IMG/VR virus record: IMGVR_UViG_3300045988_020566
Direction: 5' to 3' (one strand)
From: a virus
Length of the DNA stretch: 42,525 bases
Shown here piece after piece: positions 33,160-39,785 of this stretch (position 1 is the first letter of the stretch; every line of letters starts with the position of its first letter). Position numbers and translations under genes: made by a program. Under the pieces are notes generated by a model. The model searched no databases and was not told the DNA's origin. It saw nothing but the letters and a program-made list of their open reading frames with translations.

Positions 33160-33751
33160 CATTGCCGACCTGCGGGCGGACGTGCGGGCAAACTGCGTCA
33201 TCTTCCTCGATCTCTGCAAGGAGGCGGGGCTTCCGGTGCTCGTGACGGAGACAGTCAGGGATGACGAGTACCAGCGCTATCTTGCCGCGAACGGCTACGC
33301 GGCAAAGACCGCGACGCGCCCGACGTTCCACAGCGTCAAGGCGGGACTGGCGTTCGACATCTGCAAAAACGTCAAGGGGCATGAGTACGACGATGCGTCG
33401 TTCTTTGCCCGCTGCGGGCAGATTGGCAAGCAGGTCGGCTTTTCGTGGGGCGGCGACTGGAAAAAATTCCCCGACAAGCCGCATTTCCAGTGGGACAACC
33501 ATAGGCGATACACAGGGAGCATGATTTTGGCGGGCAAGTATCCGCTGGAAATGGAGGAGTACATGGATCAGGCAACGTTTAACAAGATGATGGACAGCTA
33601 TTTGGCGCAGCTTGGCACCAAGCCCGTCTCTTCGTGGGCGGCGAAAGACTGGGCGGCGGCAAAAGCTGCGGGCATCACGGACGGCAGCGCGCCGCAGAGA
33701 TTTATCACGCGGCAAGAAGTCGTGACGATGATCCAGAGAGCGACAAAATAA
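33134..33751 (+). CDS. endolysin: M15 (VanY / L-Ala-D-Glu peptidase-type) domain + SLH-like repeat
   Basis: Zinc ligand pattern FHSVKAGLAFD ... DKPHFQW. The C-terminus SWAAKDWAAAKAAGITDGS...ITRQEVVTMIQRA looks like one SLH repeat. The start may be ATG 33143. Confidence 0.85.
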   Translation: MTTMYHSRDIADLRADVRANCVIFLDLCKEAGLPVLVTETVRDDEYQRYLAANGYAAKTATRPTFHSVKAGLAFDICKNVKGHEYDDASFFARCGQIGKQVGFSWGGDWKKFPDKPHFQWDNHRRYTGSMILAGKYPLEMEEYMDQATFNKMMDSYLAQLGTKPVSSWAAKDWAAAKAAGITDGSAPQRFITRQEVVTMIQRATK

Positions 33752-33828
33752 CGGTGTCCGATTTGGGCACAGAAAGGAGCGGGCGGCGAAAGCCCACGCG
33801 CAAGCGCCTCTGCAAGCCTTACACGGGC

Positions 33829-34074
33829 ATGAACAGTCAGCATAAGCGTATCCGCGCGCAACTATCCTCTATGGCTCCAAAGCGAGCTGTAGCGTATGTT
33901 TTATCCTTCAAGCTGCCGCAGGACGAGGCGGCGTGCATCATTGAGTGCGACGTTCGGCGGAAAAGCTGCGTACAGGTCGCGGACATGTTGCACGTCAGCG
34001 TTGACGGATTGGCAAAAATCAGGCGGAGAGCGTATACAAAAATTGCAGATGGGCAAGAGAAAAGCACCGACTAA
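33829..34074 (+). CDS. sigma-70 region-4-like HTH protein
   Basis: 81 aa. VQVADMLHVSVDGLAKIRRRAYTKI resembles a region 4.2 HTH. The start is uncertain (in-frame GTG 33754 and TTG 33763 are also possible). Confidence 0.45.
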   Translation: MNSQHKRIRAQLSSMAPKRAVAYVLSFKLPQDEAACIIECDVRRKSCVQVADMLHVSVDGLAKIRRRAYTKIADGQEKSTD

Positions 34075-34089
34075 TCGTCGGTGCTTTTT
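34060..34089. terminator. bidirectional terminator between convergent genes
   Basis: aaaagcaccgac / gtcggtgctttt 12-bp stem with a 5-nt loop, an A-tract before it and a T-tract after it. Confidence 0.7.
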
Positions 34090-34205
34090 CCGCTTTGTAA
34101 TTGCTTTTTAACATATTTCAATCCACGGCGGCAGGATCGTGCCACTCCGAGTATGAGCGCCTCTCATACTCGACATCATCAATGTACCACGCCGGGTTGC
34201 AAATG

Positions 34206-34661
34206 TCAACCTTGCATTTCCGGGTGCTCGCGCCCAAAGGCTACGCCGTCATCATAAGCAGCTTTGAGCAGCGCCATCGTTTCGCCGATCTGCTGTGCAC
34301 TGTACATATCCCACCACTCCGCTGGGATACGTTCCACCAGCAAGTGCATGGTCGTTGGGTACCCGCGCCATCCGCTGTATTCGCACGCCTGCTGGACCTT
34401 CAACTCTCTGCGGCGCTGATCGGCAGTTAGTCCCTCGTAGGCCTCGCGGGTGAAAATATCCTTTGCCTTGAGCTTTTTGACCGCGGGCGTGATATCGTCC
34501 ATGCGGCAGGAGAAGATATCCGCCATCTTTCGCAAGGTGTCCGCGCTCGGATTCACGGTGCCGCGCTCCCAGCGGGAAATGTGGTTCTGAGCGACGCCCA
34601 GCGCAGCGGCGAGTTGCGCCTGCGTCATGCCAAGCTCTTCGCGATATTCCTTGATCGTCAT
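34206..34661 (-). CDS. XRE-family HTH regulator with unknown C-terminal domain
   Basis: The ATG at 34661 follows AGGAGGA. HTH EYREELGMTQAQLAAALGVAQNHISRWERG, then a 90-aa C-terminal domain with no motif I recognise. Confidence 0.75.
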   Translation of the reverse strand: MTIKEYREELGMTQAQLAAALGVAQNHISRWERGTVNPSADTLRKMADIFSCRMDDITPAVKKLKAKDIFTREAYEGLTADQRRRELKVQQACEYSGWRGYPTTMHLLVERIPAEWWDMYSAQQIGETMALLKAAYDDGVAFGREHPEMQG

Positions 34662-34674
34662 GCCGAATCCTCCT

Positions 34675-34986
34675 TTACCACTGAGCCTTTTTAGGCTCCC
34701 AGTTGTAGTCACCGTCGTTCCAATGAGTCACAAGTTCCTCTGCCATCTTAATGGCTTCGTAGTAAGTCTGCGCGGCGTACACAACACCGCCGCTGGTGGT
34801 AACATCGCAACCACCGTTTACGATCTCACCCAGGTGCCCGTCTTCAAAAACTTCGTGCAGGACGCTGATGGATGCGGTGGCGGAATACTCTCCGTCGTTC
34901 GTCGTGAACGTCTTTTCTGCAATCGTTTCAGAACCGGTTGGGATCTCGCCGTTTGCCATGGCCATAATCATCTGGATATCGTTCAT
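34675..34986 (-). CDS. hypothetical protein (faint HicB/UPF0150-like pattern)
   Basis: AGGAGG 8 nt before ATG 34986. 103 aa. EDGHLGEIVNGGCDVTTSGG...YYEAIKMAEELVTHW vaguely recalls the HicB N-terminal domain. Lies 13 nt upstream of the XRE gene. Confidence 0.55.
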   Translation of the reverse strand: MNDIQMIMAMANGEIPTGSETIAEKTFTTNDGEYSATASISVLHEVFEDGHLGEIVNGGCDVTTSGGVVYAAQTYYEAIKMAEELVTHWNDGDYNWEPKKAQW

Positions 34987-35017
34987 TTCATTTACCTCCT
35001 GGGCTGCGCCCCTCTTG

Positions 35018-35054
35018 TTGATATAAATATACCATATATGGTATAATATGTCAA
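35018..35054. promoter_or_regulatory. face-to-face divergent promoters sharing an 18-bp palindromic operator
   Basis: Plus strand: TTGATA(35018-23), 18-nt spacer, TGgTATAAT(35042-47). Minus strand: TTGACA(35049-54), 17-nt spacer, TATATT(35026-31). Palindrome TATACCATATATGGTATA at 35028-35045. An extra half-site ATACCATAT at 35135-35143. Confidence 0.55.
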
Positions 35055-35106
35055 GCGCAAAATCGAAGTTTTTGAAAATATTTTCGCGGCAGAATACGGG
35101 CATTTT

Positions 35107-35133
35107 ACGGGCGCTTTTGAGCGCCCGTTTTTT
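35107..35133 (+). terminator. leader terminator/attenuator upstream of the accessory cassette
   Basis: acgggcgc/gcgcccgt 8-bp stem followed by T6, between the promoter and the first SD. An upstream duplicate, tacgggc (35095-35101), could form a competing helix. Confidence 0.6.
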
Positions 35134-35166
35134 GATACCATATAGATAATAAAGGAGGTGCGCGAA

Positions 35167-35289
35167 ATGTACGAACGGCTTTTAGCTTGTGGGTTTACCG
35201 AGCAAATGGCGATGGATATTTTGGCACTGTTTCCTGACCCTGACGAGCTGCGCACTTACGTCTATTTCGCGGAGCTATTTCATGTATAG
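35167..35289 (+). CDS. 40-aa hypothetical peptide
   Basis: AAGGAGG SD. Hand-translated MYERLLACGFTEQMAMDILALFPDPDELRTYVYFAELFHV. Overlaps the next start. Confidence 0.4.
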   Translation: MYERLLACGFTEQMAMDILALFPDPDELRTYVYFAELFHV

Positions 35290-35665
35290 CTATTTCAATC
35301 CAAATCCCACTGGGCGTAATGTGTCCGATTGCACCGTGCGTGCGATCTGCAAGGCGACCGGGAAGGACTGGGGCGAGGTCTATTTGTCGCTGTGCATACG
35401 AGGATACTTAGACGGCGATCTCCCCAATGCAAACGCCTGTTGGGGCGCATATCTGCGATCACTTGGGTATCGGCGCTATATCATGCCGGATACTTGCCCC
35501 GATTGCTACACGGTCGGTAGGTTTGCCGACGAGCACCCGCGCGGGACGTATATTCTCGCGCTCTCAGGACATGTGGTCTGCGTGCAAGATGGTGTGATTT
35601 ACGATAGTTGGAACAGCGAGAACGAGATCCCGCTTTATTACTGGGCAAAAGAAACGGAGGAATGA
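35282..35665 (+). CDS. hypothetical protein, possible papain-like Cys peptidase
   Basis: 127 aa. N-terminal SDCTVRAICKATG (candidate nucleophile), later GHVVCVQDGVIYDSW (candidate His/Asp). Fold assignment is inference only. Confidence 0.5.
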   Translation: MYSYFNPNPTGRNVSDCTVRAICKATGKDWGEVYLSLCIRGYLDGDLPNANACWGAYLRSLGYRRYIMPDTCPDCYTVGRFADEHPRGTYILALSGHVVCVQDGVIYDSWNSENEIPLYYWAKETEE

Positions 35666-35667
35666 AC

Positions 35668-36093
35668 ATGGCATATCCCTATTTCAATCCCTATTATCCG
35701 CAGCCAATACCGGACAACCTCATGCAGATGCGGCAGATGCAGCAGCCACAGATGCAGCCCATGCAGCAGCCAGTGCAACAGAACCCCATCGCGCAGGGCG
35801 GCGTGCAGTGGGTCAACGGAGAGCAGGAGGCGAGGGGCTATCTCATCGCGCCCAACTCTGCTGTGGCGCTGTGGGATAGCTCCGCACCGACGGTATACCT
35901 CAAGCAGTCCGACGCGAGCGGCAAGCCGACGCTCAAGATTTATGACCTCGTAGAACGCGCAGAAACGCCCCGTACAGCGCCGCAGGAGAAGGGCGTGGAA
36001 TTTGTCACCCGAAAAGAGTTTGACGCGCTGGCGGCACTTGTGGGCGAGCTGAAGGGCAAGAAGAAGCGCAAGGAGGACGATGACGATGAATAA
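35668..36093 (+). CDS. Pro/Gln-rich N-terminus + globular domain protein
   Basis: SD acggagg. Start MAYPYFNPYYPQPIPDNLMQMRQMQQPQMQPMQQPVQQNP, then GGVQWVNGEQEARGYLIAPNSAVALWD..., then a KKKRKEDDDDE tail. Confidence 0.6.
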   Translation: MAYPYFNPYYPQPIPDNLMQMRQMQQPQMQPMQQPVQQNPIAQGGVQWVNGEQEARGYLIAPNSAVALWDSSAPTVYLKQSDASGKPTLKIYDLVERAETPRTAPQEKGVEFVTRKEFDALAALVGELKGKKKRKEDDDDE

Positions 36094-36286
36094 TCCTTTT
36101 TTCGGTGCGCTCGGCGGCGGGAACGGCTTCATGCAGATGCTGCAACAGTTCCAGCAGTTCACGGCAAATTTTCAGGGGGATCCAAAAGCAGAGGTCGAAA
36201 AGCTTTTGCAATCTGGAGCTATGAGCCAACAGGAGTTAAACCAACTTCAATCTATGGCAAAGCAGTTTGAACACTTATTCCACTAA
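36080..36286 (+). CDS. small Gln-rich protein
   Basis: 68-aa ORF MTMNNPFFGALGGGNGFMQMLQQFQQF...QQELNQLQSMAKQF. Overlaps the previous gene. Confidence 0.5.
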   Translation: MTMNNPFFGALGGGNGFMQMLQQFQQFTANFQGDPKAEVEKLLQSGAMSQQELNQLQSMAKQFEHLFH

Positions 36287-36338
36287 TCTTATCGTGGCCA
36301 CGATTTGATGAATAAAAATCTTTCAAAGGAGTGATACT

Positions 36339-37043
36339 ATGTCTCTTTCCGACGGTGCTCCCATGATGACTATGCCGGTCGCGCCCGCGAACAGCTACGG
36401 CGGTGGCATGGGTATGTGGGGCGAAAACTGGATCTGGATTATCGTTCTTTTCCTCTTTGGTTGGGGCCGCAACGGATTTGGCAACGGCAACGGCAACGGC
36501 GGCGTCGTAGACGGCTATGTGCTGACCTCTGACTTTGCCAATGTCGAGCGCAAGATCGACAGTGTAAATCAGGGCCTTTGCGACGGATTTTACCAGCAGG
36601 CGCAGCTTGTCAACGGCACCAACATGGCGATGGCAAACGGCTTTGCACAGGCTGAACTTTCCCGCAGCAACCAGCAGGCGGCGCTCATGCAGCAGCTCAA
36701 CGCCATGCAGATGCAGGCCGCAAATTGCTGCTGCGAGAATCGCGCGGCTATCGCGCAGGTGCGCTACGACATGGCGGCGCAGGCGTGTGACACGCGCAAC
36801 ACCGTGCAGAACGCGACCCGCGACATCATCGACAACGCCAACAGCAACAGCCGCGCGATCCTCGACTTCCTGACGCAGAGCAAGCTCTCTGACCTCCAGG
36901 CTGAGAACCAGGGCTTGAAGCTGGCGGCAAGTCAGGCGGCGCAGAACAGCTATCTGGTCTCGCAGCTGCGTCCCTCTCCCATTCCGGCCTACACGGTGCA
37001 GAACCCCTATTGCTGCAACCAGTTTGCCTGTTGCGGCTGCTGA
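36339..37043 (+). CDS. membrane-anchored Gln/Asn/Ala-rich helical protein with poly-Cys C-terminus
   Basis: SD aaaggag. TM helix WIWIIVLFLFGW, GNGNGNG linker, long Q/N/A-rich helices with CCCENR, ending PYCCNQFACCGC. I counted 10 Cys. Confidence 0.7.
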   Translation: MSLSDGAPMMTMPVAPANSYGGGMGMWGENWIWIIVLFLFGWGRNGFGNGNGNGGVVDGYVLTSDFANVERKIDSVNQGLCDGFYQQAQLVNGTNMAMANGFAQAELSRSNQQAALMQQLNAMQMQAANCCCENRAAIAQVRYDMAAQACDTRNTVQNATRDIIDNANSNSRAILDFLTQSKLSDLQAENQGLKLAASQAAQNSYLVSQLRPSPIPAYTVQNPYCCNQFACCGC

Positions 37044-37073
37044 CAACTGCATAGCATAGCTTTTTGTTGACGA

Positions 37074-37093
37074 TTTTGTTGACGTCAACAAAA
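37074..37093. promoter_or_regulatory. 20-bp perfect palindrome TTTTGTTGACGTCAACAAAA (with direct repeat TTTTGTTGACG at 37062)
   Basis: Verified as its own reverse complement. Lies between two sub-blocks of the accessory cassette. Confidence 0.4.
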
Positions 37094-37123
37094 TGGTCGG
37101 CCCCGTGCCGATACTACGACAAC

Positions 37124-37156
37124 GCGGCGGGGCAATCGCTCCGCCGCTGTATTTTA
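37124..37156 (+). terminator. terminator-like hairpin inside the accessory cassette
   Basis: gcggcgg/ccgccgc stem, extendable to 10 bp, followed by tgtatttt. A second hairpin gggtcg/cgaccc lies at 37160-37175. Confidence 0.45.
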
Positions 37157-37195
37157 ACCGGGTCGAAATCGACCCCTTTAGAAAGGACTGAACTC

Positions 37196-37411
37196 ATGAA
37201 AACGATTGACGATCTGAAACAAGAATTTGTAGACCATCTTGCTGCTATGGATAAGTCCGAAATGAGCATGGTCGAACTCGCAAACTATGCCGATCTGCTG
37301 TATAAGGCGGACGCTCTCTTTAAGCCAAGCTATACAGATGTACTTGCATCCGGCTTCATTTCCCCTTTTGCGGCAACTACTTGGAAAAAGGAGGAGAAGA
37401 AAAATGGCTGA
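37196..37411 (+). CDS. 71-aa hypothetical protein
   Basis: ATG inside ORF 37064-37411. Helical sequence MKTIDDLKQEFVDHLAAMDKSEMSMVELANYADLLYK. Overlaps the next gene. Confidence 0.5.
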   Translation: MKTIDDLKQEFVDHLAAMDKSEMSMVELANYADLLYKADALFKPSYTDVLASGFISPFAATTWKKEEKKNG

Positions 37412-37826
37412 ATACGTTACCGCTGGCATTGTTACTGTTCCTGCTGGACAGAATGTGCCGATGGTCTCCACGGCGGCTTGCGGCAAGCCCTGCATCGTCC
37501 ACCGCGAGGGTAGCGGACTTGTCACCCTGCGTGGACTGACGCAGCAGTGCAAGGCACGCTTTAAGGTGGGTTTTGGCGCGAACATCGCCGTTCCCACGGG
37601 GGGAACGGTAGGCTCGATCACCACGGCGCTTGCCGTCAACGGCGAAGAGCTCAATAGCGCCACGGCGACCGTTACACCCGCTGCGGTGGAGAACTATTTT
37701 AACGTCTACGTCAGCGCCATCGTCGAAGTGCCGCGCGGCTGCTGCGTGACGGTGGCGGCGAAAAACACAAGCGCGCAGGCGGTCAGCTTTTCCAACAGCA
37801 ATCTGACCATCGACCGCGTGAGCTGA
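37404..37826 (+). CDS. all-beta protein with BclA-C-terminal / C1q-TNF-like jelly-roll sequence pattern
   Basis: Strong SD aaaggaggag. 140 aa. Alternating beta pattern VTVPAGQNVPM...CIVHREGSGLVTLRG...FKVGFGANIAVPTGGTVGSITTALAVNGEEL...VTVAAKNTSAQAVSFSNSNLTIDRV. Confidence 0.6.
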   Translation: MAEYVTAGIVTVPAGQNVPMVSTAACGKPCIVHREGSGLVTLRGLTQQCKARFKVGFGANIAVPTGGTVGSITTALAVNGEELNSATATVTPAAVENYFNVYVSAIVEVPRGCCVTVAAKNTSAQAVSFSNSNLTIDRVS

Positions 37827-37840
37827 AAGGAGAATGAACA

Positions 37841-38194
37841 ATGGGTATGAAATCTATGTATGATCTGCGCGACATGCTCTGCAAGGAGCTGGAAGAGATC
37901 ACTCGCAAGGGTGAGCTTGGCGCAGGTGACCTTGACATCGTGCATAAGCTGACTGATACCATCAAGAACATCGACAAAATCGAAGCGATGGAGGAAGACG
38001 GCTATTCCAGCCGCCGCGACGAGTACGATATGCGCGGCAGAGGCAGACGCGGCACGCACTACGTGCGCGGCCACTATTCCCGTGATGGCAGCATCGACAA
38101 CATGAAACGCCAGTTGCAGGAAATGCTGGACAACGCCGACGATGACAGCATCCGCAGAGCTATTCAGCGCTGCATGGACACGATCGAGGGTTAA
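37841..38194 (+). CDS. hypothetical helical protein with Arg/Gly/Tyr-rich linker
   Basis: SD aaaggag. 117 aa with central DGYSSRRDEYDMRGRGRRGTHYVRGHYSRDGS. Confidence 0.6.
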   Translation: MGMKSMYDLRDMLCKELEEITRKGELGAGDLDIVHKLTDTIKNIDKIEAMEEDGYSSRRDEYDMRGRGRRGTHYVRGHYSRDGSIDNMKRQLQEMLDNADDDSIRRAIQRCMDTIEG

Positions 38195-38209
38195 AGGGGG
38201 TGCACCCCT

Positions 38210-38530
38210 ATGGTCGACGAGAATGAGGTCAATCGCTGGATAGCCCGCCTTGAAACGGAAGAATCAAGCTGGACAAACTATGAGCGCCTTGCCGTGCTGT
38301 ATGCCATCCGTGACCAGCAAAGCGGCAGCAGAGAGAGGGCTTTGCCAATGGCATACTCTGCAGCACCCGCGCCGGTCAACGTCGAAACATACGGCGACAG
38401 CGATTTTCTGCGGGCGGTGGCAGATGTTCCGCCGGACAAGGCGTGGGAGATCATGGACGAGCTGATGGACAGCTTGAAAATTGTGAACGAGCGCGTATAC
38501 AACAGCGTCATGCGCAAGCTCGAAAAATAA
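38210..38530 (+). CDS. hypothetical protein
   Basis: SD aaggggg. 106 aa, the last gene before attP. Confidence 0.6.
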   Translation: MVDENEVNRWIARLETEESSWTNYERLAVLYAIRDQQSGSRERALPMAYSAAPAPVNVETYGDSDFLRAVADVPPDKAWEIMDELMDSLKIVNERVYNSVMRKLEK

Positions 38531-38552
38531 ATTGCAGATGGGATTACAGATG
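38531..38552 (+). repeat. two ATTRCAGATG arm-type repeats (left of attP core)
   Basis: attgcagatg (38531-40) and attacagatg (38543-52). The same motif and orientation as the three copies at 38749-38782. Confidence 0.55.
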
Positions 38553-38597
38553 CGCGTCAAAAAACCGTGTAATATCAATGCTTTTGCGGTTTCGGTT

Positions 38598-38625
38598 GCG
38601 GGTTCGACTCCCGCCGCCTCCACCA
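38598..38625 (+). other. attP core candidate: 3' part of a tRNA gene (T-arm + acceptor 3' strand + ACCA)
   Basis: gcggg-ttcgact-cccgc T-arm, then cgcctcc-a-cca. No matching 5' acceptor strand (ggaggcg) lies upstream, so this is a fragment and not a gene. Confidence 0.6.
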
Positions 38626-38634
38626 TTAAAAAAA

Positions 38635-38664
38635 CCTCGCAGTCTCAACGGCTGCGGGGTTTTT
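38635..38664 (+). terminator. rho-independent terminator following the tRNA-like fragment
   Basis: cctcgcag/ctgcgggg 8-bp stem (one G-U pair) followed by ttttt. Confidence 0.6.
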
Positions 38665-38748
38665 CTTGTATTTACAAGGGTTTTCGGGCTTTCATATTTG
38701 CACATTACTTGCGATATTTGCAAGTTATCTTCCGTTAAAACAGTGCTT

Positions 38749-38782
38749 TTGCAGATGAATTGCAGATGAAATTACAGATGAA
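38749..38782 (+). repeat. three tandem TTRCAGATGAA arm-type repeats (right of attP core)
   Basis: ttgcagatgaa (38749-59), ttgcagatgaa (38760-70) and attacagatgaa (38771-82). The last copy overlaps the integrase stop codon. Confidence 0.6.
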
Positions 38783-39785
38783 ATTCGGATTCAAAAAAGC
38801 CGTCAACGGCATCTGCCACTGCTACGGCTTTATCATTCATCGTGTGCTGATATACGTTTTTTAGCATGTTGTTTGTAGAGTGCCCCATGCGCTCCATTGC
38901 ATATTTGTCTGGGACATTGAGCCTGAGCATGACCGACGCATTTACATGCCGGAGGTCGTGAAAGCGGAACGGCGAAACTCCACAGCGGGCACACGCGCGT
39001 TGCAGATGCTTATACAGGACATTTCTGGTTGCATGGACAATATACTCATCTGTGCGCGGTGTTGCTTCAATCAGCCCCATAATATACGGCGGCACTTTCA
39101 GCTTTCTGTTGCCGCTGTAAGTTTTTGGCTGCTTGAGCTGCGGACCGTCCTCACCGTCTACCATTGCTTGCCTGATCGTTAATATATCGCCGTCAAGACA
39201 ATCCCATGTCAGACCTCTGATCTCCGATGTACGGAGGCCGAGCCAGACAGCCAGCAGGAAAGGCAATTCAAAATCTGTGCCTTTGCAGTCTTCGTGCAGA
39301 ATTCTGATCTCGTCCATGGTAGGGATTTTAATTTTAGGCGCTTCCTTCTGCGGGAGTGATATGCGGAACACCTTATCGGGACATTCCTCCGACATTGCCG
39401 CCGTGAATAGGCCGTAAGCGTTGCGGACATACTTAGGGGACTTTTCCCGCGCCATCTTATTCACGGCACGCTGCACGCGATCCTGCGTCAACGCGGAGCA
39501 CTTAACGCTTATCAGCTCGGGGAAAACCACCTTGCGTAGTTTTCTGTACCCGTTCACGGTGGAGGGGGAAAGTATCGCGTCCTTGCTATCGATATATCGG
39601 TCAATAGCGTCGCCGACCGTTCGCTCAGACGCACGAGCGGCAGACTTTGCGCCGGACTTCAATGCGGCGGCTTCATTCTCCGCTTGCCGCTTGGTAGGAG
39701 CTGTGACGGACACACGCTTTCCGTCTACCATGACGCTAACGTTCCAGTTCCCCGATGGCAGTAGTTTTGCTTTTGGTATTTTCAT
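38772..39785 (-). CDS. int: tyrosine integrase
   Basis: C-terminal catalytic signature FHDLRHVNASVML...MGHSTNNMLKNVYQH. Start MKIPKAKLLPSGNW at ATG 39785, overlapping the upstream stop by 1 nt. Confidence 0.9.
   Translation of the reverse strand: MKIPKAKLLPSGNWNVSVMVDGKRVSVTAPTKRQAENEAAALKSGAKSAARASERTVGDAIDRYIDSKDAILSPSTVNGYRKLRKVVFPELISVKCSALTQDRVQRAVNKMAREKSPKYVRNAYGLFTAAMSEECPDKVFRISLPQKEAPKIKIPTMDEIRILHEDCKGTDFELPFLLAVWLGLRTSEIRGLTWDCLDGDILTIRQAMVDGEDGPQLKQPKTYSGNRKLKVPPYIMGLIEATPRTDEYIVHATRNVLYKHLQRACARCGVSPFRFHDLRHVNASVMLRLNVPDKYAMERMGHSTNNMLKNVYQHTMNDKAVAVADAVDGFFESEFHL

Noticed and set aside
34146-34172. 10-bp perfect hairpin cgagtatgag/ctcatactcg as a terminator for the minus-strand XRE gene
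   Set aside because: There is no U-tract on either strand. It may still be a processing or binding site, but I cannot support a terminator call.
38540-38625. A complete tRNA gene next to the integrase
   Set aside because: Only the T-arm, the acceptor 3' strand and ACCA are present. No complementary 5' acceptor strand (ggaggcg), D-arm or anticodon arm could be found upstream. It is interpreted as the attP core.
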